Positions 8,321-18,817 of a stretch of DNA of 44,237 bases are shown here, piece after piece. Numbering within the stretch: the stretch's first letter is position 1; each line of letters starts with the position of its first letter. A program made the translations under genes and the position numbers. The stretch comes from a virus (taxonomy: Duplodnaviria > Caudoviricetes). The notes beneath the pieces are model-generated. The model did no database searches, was not told the origin of the DNA, and saw only the letters and a list, made by a program, of their open reading frames with translations. The DNA is taken from the IMG/VR virus record IMGVR_UViG_3300008255_000197, positions 1 through 44,237 of that record; one strand, given 5' to 3'.

Positions 8321-10036
8321 CTAGCGTTGTGCGTTGATGACTCCTGTTCCAGACTTGAGTTCGCCCAGGGCGATTCCAACTTCAATCCGACTTCCCCCGT
8401 GCAGCCATGCGGCGAGTTTGCCTGCCCGCATAGCATAGCCACGCTTCGAGGAAGAGACTAGCAGGTCTCCACGACCGATTGGCCCATTCTCGTCACACAC
8501 TTTTGTCGGAACTAGTCCCACCAAAGCAACCGGCTGTGTGTTCTCGTAGGTGTGTAGAGCCATCAACGGAAACTTCTCTCGTATGTTGTTCATGCCGTCT
8601 GCAAGTTGCGCCTGGTGATAACTGACAACTCCTGCGACAACCTGGTAACTCTCCGTGGAAGGCGTCAACCGATTATCATGGATCAAATCTACTGTGAGAA
8701 CGGTTCCCGGATCGTTGTCTTGATCCGCTGTTACCCTCACATCATAGTCTTCAGCCAAGTCAAAGGCAGAATCTGTCCACACGGCATCAGCGTAAGCATT
8801 ACCGTCTCCATCAAAGGAGAATTTAGTGGCGGCGTTGTTTCTAAAGACTATCATGTTCTCCGTAGCGCCAAGTGACGTAATGCCGGTGCCATTTTTCTTT
8901 CTGGCGTCGAAAACCATAGTTCCGAGTAGGTTGTTGGCCGTGTCAATCGTCGTCGAATTTGACTGAAAGAAAACAGCGGCTTGCCCGCCGGTATATCCTC
9001 CCATAAAGATTCCACCGGCGGAGGAGGGGCTGGCTAAACGACCGGCTTCGTTGGTGGGTACCAAGGCGGTCATTCCGTGGGCAACGCCTGTGTTGAGGTA
9101 AGAAAGTATGACTCCGTTTGGCCCTTCACGGGTAATCACATCTGCAAACTTCTTGAGCCCAGAAATCGTCTGGGCACTCTCTTTGTCCACCGCCCGTTTT
9201 ACAGAGCCCGCGTGCCACTCTAACTCGTTCGAGTCACTGTCAATCATCAAATTGTCGAAGAATGGTGACGCCCCTATGTTGGGGTCTCCGGTCTTGTTTG
9301 GGATACGAAGCATGCCCGTTGCCGTCAGGTCCAGAAAAGGCACAACAACCATTCCAACAGACACGGCTTTCTGAATCTGGGACACTAAAACCAAACCACC
9401 AAGCAACTCAATATCGTCTGATCCAGCGTTTATGGTTACATTCGACCCGGCCCCCGGATCGGTAATGCGCGAGTCGCCAATGGCGGTTGTCACAGTGAAC
9501 TTGGCTATTGAATCGGGAGTTCCCGACCCGGTGATTGATCCTCCTCCTCCGGTGGCGGCTATCGTGCGGGTGGGGCCGGTTCCGGTGATATCTATGCCAG
9601 AGCCTTCAACAAGGTCATACAGGTAGGTCCGAACAGCGGTTCCGTCATGGGCCTTGAGCCCCGTGCCGTCCACCGCGATTTGCCGAGTGGCTGCTGGCGT
9701 CGTTGATGGCGCGTAAAGAACAACTGGAGACAGACTCGCGCCGCCACCATCTCCAGACGAAGCGTGGTCATGAGTAAAGTTGGAGATCGTGGCCTTGGTT
9801 TGCGTGCCGGTGTGGTTGGCGCGGGCTTTGTAGTGGGCGCCGTTCTGTCCCTCCAGGGTAGAGGCGTTGACGGCGGTCAAGCTGGCGCCGTTCCCCGAAA
9901 AACCAGGGACGGCTGTGGTGCTGATCAATCCGGTCGCCGAGATGACATCGAAGTAGCTGGTCCCGGCATAGAGTAGGCCCGTCACGAGAATGGACAGGAT
10001 CAAGACTTGGGTTCGGTTGCGTGCGCGTGTGGTCAT
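8321..10036 (-). CDS. tail fibre-like protein with C-terminal intramolecular-chaperone (Peptidase_G2-like) domain
   Basis: Gly/Thr-rich fibre segments, ARANHTGTQ motif; C-terminal DLAEDY..PGTVL..VAGVVS..PVALVGLVPTKV..ENGPI..GDLLVSS..GYAM..GIAL; hydrophobic N-terminus. Confidence 0.7.
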   Translation of the reverse strand: MTTRARNRTQVLILSILVTGLLYAGTSYFDVISATGLISTTAVPGFSGNGASLTAVNASTLEGQNGAHYKARANHTGTQTKATISNFTHDHASSGDGGGASLSPVVLYAPSTTPAATRQIAVDGTGLKAHDGTAVRTYLYDLVEGSGIDITGTGPTRTIAATGGGGSITGSGTPDSIAKFTVTTAIGDSRITDPGAGSNVTINAGSDDIELLGGLVLVSQIQKAVSVGMVVVPFLDLTATGMLRIPNKTGDPNIGASPFFDNLMIDSDSNELEWHAGSVKRAVDKESAQTISGLKKFADVITREGPNGVILSYLNTGVAHGMTALVPTNEAGRLASPSSAGGIFMGGYTGGQAAVFFQSNSTTIDTANNLLGTMVFDARKKNGTGITSLGATENMIVFRNNAATKFSFDGDGNAYADAVWTDSAFDLAEDYDVRVTADQDNDPGTVLTVDLIHDNRLTPSTESYQVVAGVVSYHQAQLADGMNNIREKFPLMALHTYENTQPVALVGLVPTKVCDENGPIGRGDLLVSSSKRGYAMRAGKLAAWLHGGSRIEVGIALGELKSGTGVINAQR

Positions 10037-10046
10037 TGGTGTCTCC

Positions 10047-10064
10047 AGTTACTTCGTGGTAATC
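10047..10064. repeat. dispersed palindrome copy 5 (AGTTACTTCGTGGTAATC)
   Basis: Intergenic, between the stop at 10069 and the GGAG RBS of 10036; 22 bp identical to copy 8. Confidence 0.9.
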
Positions 10065-10068
10065 CGAT

Positions 10069-13023
10069 TTAGGTATGTGGCTCCATGATCCAGTATAGAG
10101 TATACGTACCCCCAGAGCTTCCTTCCAGGGCGAAGTCGAACCCGTCCTGGCGTCTAGCGGTTATCCTGGAAAGAGTCCACAAACCCGCCCCGGAGAAGAC
10201 TGTCAAGGCGATGGAGTAGGCCATTGCAGAAGGTGGCGCGACCCGGAACAACACGGTGCCCGTGAGTGAGGACGTGATAAATGATCCGGCGTACCCGGAG
10301 GAGAAAGATCGTTTGTGCCAGCCGATCAACGCCCCGGCAGGATTCTCCGCCAACTCAAACCCGAACGCCGATGCCGAGACGGATCTTACACACCACGTCG
10401 TTGCTAGTGTTTGTGGGTGCCCTACCACGGCAAACTGAGTATCTTTGTCTTCGCTGAAGAAAGGAAGGCTCCCCACAAGAGTACCCGCTTCTATGGCATA
10501 TGTATCCGTAAAAGACTTGTCTACTGCCACGACGATCCAACAAACCGTGAGCGTTCCCGGGTTTCCCTGCAAGTTCATCTGGAACTGACTGGACGTTTTG
10601 AAGACAGTGGGGGCCGTGATTATCGTATTTGCTGTGGCGTCTACAACACAGGCCAACACGACATAATCTGTGACCGGTAGCGTGATTCCAAGCGAGATTA
10701 TTTTTTGGACGGAGCCGCCGGTAAACACGGCGTCTCCAGATCGGATATAACCTTGAGTAAACGTCAGTGGGGGCATCAGGCTGGGGAGGTTCGCCTGCTG
10801 AAGACTCCCCCACGTCACCCGATCCTCTCGATTCTTGACGGAGTTCCATCGCTGATTGCCGCCTGCCGTAGACCCAAAGCTCAAGCCCTCTTGATCCACG
10901 CTAAATTTCCCCACCGTCAGCACCCCAGTTGGGCCGTCAAAGACCTCCTTCTGAAGTGGAGACGTGGTGTCTCGAAAAGGGGCGTCTACGCTCGTCCAGC
11001 CTACGAGAATACCCGGGTCCATAATATTCTCGCGGTAAAGTCCCAAGAACTCATCCACGGTAATATTGGTATTTACTGTAGAGAATCCAGACTTATTGGA
11101 TGCCTGAGTCACTAACGCGCCCTCACTCCAGCGCCCCCCTAATACCAGTCTTGGCGTGCGGTTTCCTACGGGGGTAAACCCAAAGTCCAGGTTGCTAACC
11201 TCGCCCTGGATAACATACGCCCCATTGATAGCAACACGAATGGTGAAGTCCGTGACCTGGACCAGATCCTCTACTGCCCATCCCAAAGCGAGTCGATCCG
11301 TATCGTCACTGGCGATTGAGATGGGTGCGGATTCAAACACATTGTCTCGATAAATGATGTAAAGGCTTGTGTCTGTCCCTATCGCAGTACCCACCTCTTT
11401 GAGAAACGCCTCCAAGAACAAAACAATATCTCCCGTCGAATCAACTTCCCCCAAAGAGAACAATTGCTGGAGATTGTGATTCGCTCTAAGGTGGATATTC
11501 GCACTCGAAAGATCCGGGGTAAAGGCTGATGCCAGGGTAATGAATGCGACCCCTTTGGATGTGTAGCCATGATTCGTCACAACACGAGACTGCCCCGCCG
11601 CAGGACCCGAGTCTACAAACACACTCCAGCCGCCAATTCGATTGACCAATGACCGCGTAATGTTTCCTGTGAGGTTGGTGCCGCTACTACTCGCGACGGT
11701 ACTTCCCGATTCTGGCAAGCGTCCGAACGCGGTATCCCGATGAAACTCCAAAAACGCTGCCCCGAAGTAGGGAGATAGCTCCGACACTTCCTCCGTAGTA
11801 GGGATGTTGTACTCCAGGTAGGTTTCCCTCTCGGGCCATAGAGAGTCATCCGTCGTAGACAGAATCGCGTGATATTGAGGAACAAATGGCAACGCGGAGG
11901 GGCCGGGAACAACCGACACATCGTCAAACCAATACGTGACATTCTGGGTATTGTCCGGGATAAGGAACGCTATGCCCGTTTCTCCATTAGGATCAAACAG
12001 GGCCTGGTCCTCATAAAAGAACGGCTTAGACCGATGATCTGGCCCACAAGAAAACCCTTGAGTCCAAATCTGACCCCCTCCCGCCGTCGCATAATCTGCG
12101 GGAGCGGTCCCCACCGCCTCGCCGAAAGTGAACGTGTAGACAGTTGGTGCCGTAATAACGGAAGATCGCATGTAGAAAGACAGCGAGCCCGTCAATGGGT
12201 ACAGGTGGCGGGCGGAGACGGCGGGGTTGGCGCTGGCCCGAAGACGGCCCAGACGAGCAAACAAGATGAACGAACCCGTATTGGCAGGGACAAACAACTC
12301 TTGAGTTCGTCTCGGTAAAGCATTGACCCGGCGCCAGTCTTCTTGGGTCGCCAAGATTGTCCAAAAGGTTTGTGTCGTATTCGGCGCAGGCGACGTGAAA
12401 TCCTCACTAGAGGGGGTAAGGAGTCTCGGCCGAATCAGTGGCGGATTCGGCGCCCCGGCAAACAGGTCATTTTCCCCTACCAAATGCCATCCTGCGGCCA
12501 GTCGAAGCGGGACTCCAGGGAGCCAAAATTTGACGGTATGTGTTCCCCAGGAGCCAGTGATTGCGGGGGCGGTGTAAATTCGCATGGCGGTCAGACTGCC
12601 GCTGTAGATATCTACGTCGCGCACATGATAGGACTGTCCCACACGATTAGGCCCACTCAAACTGTCCAGTACAACAACACGCGCCCCGTAAAAGCTGTCG
12701 TTCATGTTGTTTCGTATGGTTGTTTCGGTGCCGGTACTCAACACGAACCCAGAACTACCCATCTCCGCCGCTTCGACCGCAGGAAACCCGGTTAACGCAC
12801 GGGGCCAGTAAGGAAACGAAATTGGCGTAGAGATGGGCTCCCCGTCGATCAGAAAAGTTGTTGCGGGGGATATGGCAGGTATGACATCGAACCCGCCATT
12901 GAGCACCATGTTCCCCGTTATGGTGTTGTGAAGGCTGACGGACTTACTTCCTGTTCTGACGACGCGAGAGTGTGCCGCCAAGAGAGGCAGTCGCCGACCC
13001 GCGTCAAACGCCATTTTAGACAT
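10069..13023 (-). CDS. putative receptor-binding/tail protein (carbohydrate-binding, LamG-like and C-terminal lectin-like domains)
   Basis: 984 aa, beta-rich, follows the central tail protein; CBM-like YWFDDVSV, LamG-like RVAING..LVLGG, C-terminal H-type-lectin-like repeats ending VCWIVV / IGWHKR / LYWIME. Confidence 0.6.
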   Translation of the reverse strand: MSKMAFDAGRRLPLLAAHSRVVRTGSKSVSLHNTITGNMVLNGGFDVIPAISPATTFLIDGEPISTPISFPYWPRALTGFPAVEAAEMGSSGFVLSTGTETTIRNNMNDSFYGARVVVLDSLSGPNRVGQSYHVRDVDIYSGSLTAMRIYTAPAITGSWGTHTVKFWLPGVPLRLAAGWHLVGENDLFAGAPNPPLIRPRLLTPSSEDFTSPAPNTTQTFWTILATQEDWRRVNALPRRTQELFVPANTGSFILFARLGRLRASANPAVSARHLYPLTGSLSFYMRSSVITAPTVYTFTFGEAVGTAPADYATAGGGQIWTQGFSCGPDHRSKPFFYEDQALFDPNGETGIAFLIPDNTQNVTYWFDDVSVVPGPSALPFVPQYHAILSTTDDSLWPERETYLEYNIPTTEEVSELSPYFGAAFLEFHRDTAFGRLPESGSTVASSSGTNLTGNITRSLVNRIGGWSVFVDSGPAAGQSRVVTNHGYTSKGVAFITLASAFTPDLSSANIHLRANHNLQQLFSLGEVDSTGDIVLFLEAFLKEVGTAIGTDTSLYIIYRDNVFESAPISIASDDTDRLALGWAVEDLVQVTDFTIRVAINGAYVIQGEVSNLDFGFTPVGNRTPRLVLGGRWSEGALVTQASNKSGFSTVNTNITVDEFLGLYRENIMDPGILVGWTSVDAPFRDTTSPLQKEVFDGPTGVLTVGKFSVDQEGLSFGSTAGGNQRWNSVKNREDRVTWGSLQQANLPSLMPPLTFTQGYIRSGDAVFTGGSVQKIISLGITLPVTDYVVLACVVDATANTIITAPTVFKTSSQFQMNLQGNPGTLTVCWIVVAVDKSFTDTYAIEAGTLVGSLPFFSEDKDTQFAVVGHPQTLATTWCVRSVSASAFGFELAENPAGALIGWHKRSFSSGYAGSFITSSLTGTVLFRVAPPSAMAYSIALTVFSGAGLWTLSRITARRQDGFDFALEGSSGGTYTLYWIMEPHT

Positions 13024-13025
13024 GG

Positions 13026-13043
13026 GATTACCTTGTAGTAACT
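13026..13043. repeat. dispersed palindrome copy 6 (GATTACCTTGTAGTAACT)
   Basis: Fills almost the whole 23-nt gap between TAG 13047 and ATG 13023; 21 bp identical to copy 9. Confidence 0.9.
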
Positions 13044-13046
13044 GGA

Positions 13047-16000
13047 CTACTCATCCAACAGGGGCTGCACCGAGCCCTGTGGGTGCAGCCCTCGCGACGA
13101 GAACAGTCCCTGATCAAACGGGAGCAAAAGCCCGCCACCATTTGAAAAATCAAAGCTAAAGAAGACGGCCTTCTCGATAGTCAGTGTCGAAGAACTTGCC
13201 GTAACGCTCTCATTGCCGGAACTATCTACCGCCTTGATCAGAAAGGAATACGATCCGGTCAAGAAGCGACCCTCTGGGTGCGTTGCTGGAACTGTGGCCC
13301 GAAACGTAGAGGCGTCGGAACGAATCGAGTCGATAGCCGTCTCGTAAAAGATCATCCCCGCAACCAAATGGAAGGTGTCTCCGATCTGAATCGGCCCGCC
13401 GAGAGGAGACCCCCACCCCACCCATCCTGCAACGGCATCGTAACTTGTGATACGGCGCATCTGACCAACATTTACCCCAACGCCAGAGTCGATAATGATG
13501 TATGAACCAGCAGGATTATCGGCAGCCAAAAACGCCTTGAAGTCATCGCCACCGTAAAAACGCTTAACAGAACTTGCCGTGTTCGCAGTTGAAACATCCA
13601 CTCCCGCTAATGGGTAGCGACCTTGTTTCCAGACTTCTGGTTCGCCCGATTCGATCAATTGAACCGTATAGCCAATAATGTCGAGATGGGCGGGAGTCTT
13701 GAGTAATGACCATATCAAATCCAAGGTCGCATTCTCGTTGTCCAGAACACGAAACCCGGGGACATTCGGCGGGGGCGCGTCGGCCCCGAACACGTCAATA
13801 GCTCCGGTCGAATTCTTGCCGGGGGAGGATAGTCCGTTAAAGTTGAAGGCGCGAACCCGGATGCGATAGAAGATACCCCGAATCTGATTCGAGCTGGACG
13901 CCAGCAAATTGGGGAGCGCCTTTCGGAGGATGGTTCGGTCGCTTCCCTCTACCTTGTCGAACACTTCCCACGTCGCTTGCGAATCCGGGAGGTTCACGTC
14001 CCGCGTGTACTCCACTTGATAGTAGCGAATGTACGCCGCGCTGTTAACTGGGGGCTTGTGCCACAACACCGTCACCAAGGGGGTTACCGTGCCGTCCACG
14101 TTCTTCACGGGCGTTGGGAGGGCCTGAACCGAGTGCGGGTCGGGAGGACGCCGAGACTGGCCGGAGAATACCTCCAGACGCTGGGGACGAACGGCGGGAT
14201 GGAACTTGATGGGGTCGTCGAACCCGTAGACTTCCGGGTCATGCAGCGTACCTTCGTAAGAGATGACACGCTCCGAAGACCGGGACATGCGCGTGACCCG
14301 AACGAGAACCGGATCGGGGAGTCGATCTGCCGGATCGTACAACGTCACCACGGACCCGGCCCGAACAGATTCCGCCGAGGAAGGTCCGCCCTGCCAAGTG
14401 AATTCTCGATCCTCCGACCGCGCCCGGTCCAACAAGAACCGAGCCTCGCGCCCTGCTTGAGAGGCGCGGGTAATGCCAACGAAGTTCACTTCAATCTCGG
14501 CCAGATCATTGAGCGTTTGATCCGCTTGGTCATCAGCAGGCACCCGATCCGTAGCGTACTCCAGCTCCCAGTTTCGGAAGATGCCCCACACTTGGTTGGG
14601 GATGAACTTCCTGTCCGAATCTCGGAACTCCAGACTGGTGCGACCTTCCTCATCAGCCAAGATATTGTGGGAATTGAAGATGAACGAGGGCGCCTCATCC
14701 TTCAAGAACGTGATGCCGCGCTTCCCATCCTGAAGAGTCAGCACACACCGGCAGCACTGAAGCAGAGCTTCCAGGTGGTCTTCCTTGCGCCGACGATCTG
14801 GAAGCAGAGCGTCCATCTGAAACGCCAGCTCCTCGTGAAGAATCTCGTAGGTGTCTCCAGGGCCAGGGCGACGAAACGTCGGGTCTTTCCAGAACACTTG
14901 TCCCAGTTCTGGATCGAACGCACTAATCGCTCGTTTCGCGTACCCCAGGCCCCCCTCGTCGATACCGTGAATCAGCACTGACCAGCCGTAGTTCTTGACG
15001 ATGTTGTTACCGATCAAAGACGCGGCAATGAACGACACCCCCACCGGGCCGTGAGTGGCGGGCTCCTCGGCGGTGATTATCCCGAGGTAAGTCTCTGTCC
15101 CCAGCACCACCCAAGTCTGCTGAAAGTAATCGAACAACTCCGCAAAGTCGTTCTGATTCAGGTCCGCCGCCCGCATGCGAAGACCATTCAACGAATCCAT
15201 CATGAAATCTCGGATGACAGCGGCAGGGTTTGTCTCAGCAATCGAAGTGGGGACGTTGGTCCGGGCGGTATCCACTCGCCGAAGGGATACGGTAGGAGAC
15301 ACCCAGTCCGGATCAGAACCGGAGGGCTGTCCCCCATCGTAAGTCCCGACGAACACGGGTATGACTTTCCCTTCGATAATATTTCGAGTGGAAGGGACGC
15401 TGCCTCCCAGCGGGTCACTTCTGAAGTCCTCTCCGATATAGGCGATGTACGGCATCCGAAAGAGATCAGAGTAGTGGGTCTTCAGGTGTGTCACGCGGAC
15501 GATGGCGCGGTTGTAGGTGTAAGCGGCAGGATCGTATCCGTCTGTTCCCAACGGCCCGTCCGAACCGGCGCCGTTACCTAGAAAGGCCAGGTACTCCGCT
15601 ACCGTTGGCGCCTCCACCGCAAGGACAGAGAAGGCGAGTGTGATTGTCTCGCCCTCCGTACCGCCCAGAACACCATGTCCAAGATCCGCTGAGAAGAGGT
15701 GATCGTACTCGTTAGCCGGGATAGGGGATTGAACCCCTGTGATGGGTTGGAGTCCCGGCACTGGCTGCCGCATCGGGTCATAGGGGAAGCGGGCGTCTCC
15801 GTAAGCCACAGAGGCCCTATCCTGGGGATCTGCGGCCTCGGCCAGCAGGGTTGTCCGATGGTCGGTCTGATCGTTAGCCGTGACGGCCAAGGAAACAGAA
15901 TTCGCACTGAACGATTGAACGATTCCTTGAACCGTCTCCACGACGGGCGTCCCCGTGCCAATGGTCCGTGTGATCTGAACAGTCACCTTCACGGGCCGCA

Positions 16001-17117
16001 GGCGACTGGTCGAATCAAGGCCCCCGCCGCCCACGGGTTTCGCCGAGAACCCGGCAAACACCATCCCCAGGTTAATGATCAACCCCTCTTTGAGAGAGGT
16101 GAAGGTGATCGACGACCCGACGCTTGTATCGGCATCGTAAAGCGTAGCCCCCCCGTTGACGGCCAGATCCAGGCCCAAGGGGACCGTCTGAATCCCGCCA
16201 GATGTAACCCTAGAAGTCACTGGAACCGACGACGGATTGTTAGTAACGGCTCGATCCGAATACGTCTTCAAAGCCGCAGGCAATAAGTCCACCGGAACGG
16301 ATTCATCCCCCACTGAGATGGGGTCCGTGCCCTGATGTATCGCCGGATCGTAAAGTTGATAGGGCGTTCCAGAAATGACGGAGAACGGAACCGTCCCGAA
16401 GACAATGGAAGTGATGTCATCTCCGGATCGATTCACCGCTGTCAATTGCCGCTCGACAACATCCGACTTGCCCGTACCGCCATCCACTTCAACATTGGAC
16501 GGGAATCGGATTCTCCAGGAAGTCGTAACGAACGGCACGCCTTCTTCATTTAGGGCGGCGTCAACCAAGGTTGTTGACGATCCGCTATCGGCGAACCCAG
16601 GGTTGCCATTGATGTTCGGCGCATTGCCGAGGTCTGAACGGCCCAAGTAAAGGCGATACGTGACGCCAGAAGTTTGCGTTTGCAGGTAGCGGTCCCAGAG
16701 GACGCCGTTGCGCCCGTTCACCAAATCCGGCCCCGCAGTGGGACTTTGCATCAGGTTTAGACTCGTACGCCCCCACTCATTAATCTGCCCGTATTGGATA
16801 CCCGCCTCGGCAGCGGAGAACGATCCGTACAGGCACCCATGAATCGGGCCTTGACACTTTCTGATGAACCGATACCAAAAGTCCCCTTGAGAACCGGCCC
16901 CGCCCGGAACCAGTCTCTGGTACTGAATCTGACCGGCAATCATGTTGCGCCCATAGGCGATGTACAGAGGCGCCTCGGGGTCGATGATGTTATCGAACGC
17001 AGCATTGCCGAAGGTCGCCAACTGTTTCGTCTGCGTCTTCTTCTTCGGCTTACCAGCAAAAGCACTGAGCGCAAAGCCCAGTATGATGCGTCCGATGAAA
17101 CTCCCAAGGAAACCCAT
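13047..17117 (-). CDS. central tail fibre / tip attachment protein (lambda gpJ / GTA-tail-like)
   Basis: PLYIAYGRNMIAG N-terminus, TNPAAVIRDFM, FIFNSHNI, GITRASQAGR..L, FN3-like YRIRVRAFNFNG and YSFLIKAVDSSGNES; 1356 aa. Confidence 0.8.
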   Translation of the reverse strand: MGFLGSFIGRIILGFALSAFAGKPKKKTQTKQLATFGNAAFDNIIDPEAPLYIAYGRNMIAGQIQYQRLVPGGAGSQGDFWYRFIRKCQGPIHGCLYGSFSAAEAGIQYGQINEWGRTSLNLMQSPTAGPDLVNGRNGVLWDRYLQTQTSGVTYRLYLGRSDLGNAPNINGNPGFADSGSSTTLVDAALNEEGVPFVTTSWRIRFPSNVEVDGGTGKSDVVERQLTAVNRSGDDITSIVFGTVPFSVISGTPYQLYDPAIHQGTDPISVGDESVPVDLLPAALKTYSDRAVTNNPSSVPVTSRVTSGGIQTVPLGLDLAVNGGATLYDADTSVGSSITFTSLKEGLIINLGMVFAGFSAKPVGGGGLDSTSRLRPVKVTVQITRTIGTGTPVVETVQGIVQSFSANSVSLAVTANDQTDHRTTLLAEAADPQDRASVAYGDARFPYDPMRQPVPGLQPITGVQSPIPANEYDHLFSADLGHGVLGGTEGETITLAFSVLAVEAPTVAEYLAFLGNGAGSDGPLGTDGYDPAAYTYNRAIVRVTHLKTHYSDLFRMPYIAYIGEDFRSDPLGGSVPSTRNIIEGKVIPVFVGTYDGGQPSGSDPDWVSPTVSLRRVDTARTNVPTSIAETNPAAVIRDFMMDSLNGLRMRAADLNQNDFAELFDYFQQTWVVLGTETYLGIITAEEPATHGPVGVSFIAASLIGNNIVKNYGWSVLIHGIDEGGLGYAKRAISAFDPELGQVFWKDPTFRRPGPGDTYEILHEELAFQMDALLPDRRRKEDHLEALLQCCRCVLTLQDGKRGITFLKDEAPSFIFNSHNILADEEGRTSLEFRDSDRKFIPNQVWGIFRNWELEYATDRVPADDQADQTLNDLAEIEVNFVGITRASQAGREARFLLDRARSEDREFTWQGGPSSAESVRAGSVVTLYDPADRLPDPVLVRVTRMSRSSERVISYEGTLHDPEVYGFDDPIKFHPAVRPQRLEVFSGQSRRPPDPHSVQALPTPVKNVDGTVTPLVTVLWHKPPVNSAAYIRYYQVEYTRDVNLPDSQATWEVFDKVEGSDRTILRKALPNLLASSSNQIRGIFYRIRVRAFNFNGLSSPGKNSTGAIDVFGADAPPPNVPGFRVLDNENATLDLIWSLLKTPAHLDIIGYTVQLIESGEPEVWKQGRYPLAGVDVSTANTASSVKRFYGGDDFKAFLAADNPAGSYIIIDSGVGVNVGQMRRITSYDAVAGWVGWGSPLGGPIQIGDTFHLVAGMIFYETAIDSIRSDASTFRATVPATHPEGRFLTGSYSFLIKAVDSSGNESVTASSSTLTIEKAVFFSFDFSNGGGLLLPFDQGLFSSRGLHPQGSVQPLLDE

Positions 17118-17130
17118 GGTGGCGTACCCC

Positions 17131-17148
17131 CGTTACTTCGTGGTAATC
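17131..17148. repeat. dispersed palindrome copy 7 (CGTTACTTCGTGGTAATC)
   Basis: Contains the TAA stop of 17133..17591. Confidence 0.9.
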
Positions 17149-17591
17149 GGCGCGTAATCGTTCAGGCGCCAGAAAGTTCCGATCAAGCGTGACCAGAACG
17201 GAACCGTGATAGCAGAGAGGCCGACATAGTTCTTCTCGAAGACATAGAAAAACTGCGTTTTGTCCACCATGAACAGAAGCATCAGGCGTCCCGAGAACGG
17301 CTTGGTCAACATCAGGTCGCCGTGCCGAACGTCTCGGCGGGCCAAGACCTTTGTGGCCCGGGCATGCAACGCCGTCAAGACCCGATCCTCGTTCTCTACC
17401 GTGAACCACTCTTCGAGCCGTCGCGGCTCTCCCGTGCGATCCTTCCAGAACCTCTCTCCAGTGTAGCCGCAGCACTCCACCAACACCTTGTCCAACAAGG
17501 TGATACAATTCAACGGTAGTTCGCCACCGTCCAGGCGAAAGAACGAGTTGAACTTCTGCCCGGTGAATGTAGCCGGTTTACAAGTATGCAT
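17133..17591 (-). CDS. NlpC/P60-like tail assembly protein (gpK position), degenerate
   Basis: Position between gpL-like and gpJ-like genes; LNCITL in place of xDCxGL; RHGDLML; the catalytic His segment is not recognisable. Confidence 0.5.
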   Translation of the reverse strand: MHTCKPATFTGQKFNSFFRLDGGELPLNCITLLDKVLVECCGYTGERFWKDRTGEPRRLEEWFTVENEDRVLTALHARATKVLARRDVRHGDLMLTKPFSGRLMLLFMVDKTQFFYVFEKNYVGLSAITVPFWSRLIGTFWRLNDYAPITTK

Positions 17592-18817
17592 CAGAAAATC
17601 TCTCCGCCGTGGGCCTGAACCTGGGGCGCTTGGGGGGAGCCGCCGAATCGGGATAGGTTCTCGAATAACGCACAGTTCGCTGTAGTCTTGTCACAACCCC
17701 TCTTGATCACGACGATATCGCCATCCAGAGGAATGTGGGGCAATGGTGTTCGGGTTAGCACACGGCCACTCTCCGCGCCGGGGTCTGTGCTCTCGGCAAA
17801 AGTCTCGCGAATAGTAGTTCGACGTGCCGCCGTAGCATTACGCCCCGTGAGAAACTCCACCTCGCCCAATCGAAAGTAGTTGTCGGCATACCATGTGTAG
17901 CCAACGCCGGTCAGCAGCTTCACGTAGAACTTACTCTTGGTAGGCGTCTTGCCCGCCAGAGCGATCACCCGACCGATGATCTTGTTATCCCCGGCGGCGC
18001 GTGGGCGATGCAGATCAAACGTCTGCCCCGAGCAAGACGCTGGGAGATTACCCGTCCAGGTGACTGCTCCTGTACCCGAGGTGAAGCCAGTTATATCGCG
18101 GAACTGAAGCTCATTACTGGTCCCGCGAAACGAAATCTGATACCCCCCCGAGACCAAGTTCGTGGTAATACCAACGAGTTGGGAGGAGGTGCCGCTCACC
18201 AAGTTACCCGTCTGAAATGTCCCGCCTCCCAGCACGTCATAGGTCCCGCCCGCCAGTTGAGAGGCTTCTGGTATCCCCGCATTCGGACGGTTGGTGTTGA
18301 CCGCACAAGAGAGCGGGTCTCCAAAGACGTAGCTGCACTGCGGCTGGTTCAGCCAGCGCGGGACATTCGTCAGCCGGTCGCCAAACGTGTTGGATGCAGT
18401 CAGCTCGATTGCCCCCACCCCGTAATGAGGAAAGTCAATCTTACCAACGAACTCCACCTTTCGATCTGTGTCCGAGGCAATCACCAGAGACGGGTCCACA
18501 AAGTTCAAGTACACTGTGGACAGCTCCAGGGTGCCTTCCTTGGGGTCGAGCCCTTGACGGTGGATGCGACGCGACATCATGTTCGCCCCATCGTCAATCC
18601 GAACCTTCACGGTGATGATCCCCACCTCTGTCTCATCTGGGATCTCCTCGTACCGAAAGGCCAAGGGACGATACTCGTCGCTCGCAATCGTGATCATCTT
18701 GTCGTAGTTCGCGAAGTAGAACGACAGCCCCGTAGCCGGGAACGTGATCCGGAGCAGATCCACCGGACGCGGTTGTGGCTGAATGGCCGAGGCCAGTATG
18801 CGAGCAGAGGTGGTCAT
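17591..18817 (-). CDS. tail tip / hub protein (DUF2163 + BR0599, lambda gpL-like)
   Basis: QPQCSYVFGDPLSC and GCDKTTANC..FENLSRFGGSP four-Cys signature. Confidence 0.85.
   Translation of the reverse strand: MTTSARILASAIQPQPRPVDLLRITFPATGLSFYFANYDKMITIASDEYRPLAFRYEEIPDETEVGIITVKVRIDDGANMMSRRIHRQGLDPKEGTLELSTVYLNFVDPSLVIASDTDRKVEFVGKIDFPHYGVGAIELTASNTFGDRLTNVPRWLNQPQCSYVFGDPLSCAVNTNRPNAGIPEASQLAGGTYDVLGGGTFQTGNLVSGTSSQLVGITTNLVSGGYQISFRGTSNELQFRDITGFTSGTGAVTWTGNLPASCSGQTFDLHRPRAAGDNKIIGRVIALAGKTPTKSKFYVKLLTGVGYTWYADNYFRLGEVEFLTGRNATAARRTTIRETFAESTDPGAESGRVLTRTPLPHIPLDGDIVVIKRGCDKTTANCALFENLSRFGGSPQAPQVQAHGGEIF

Noticed and set aside
8321-13023. Diversity-generating retroelement or invertible fibre cassette
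   Set aside because: No reverse transcriptase or invertase and no TR/VR-like near-duplicate seen in the window.
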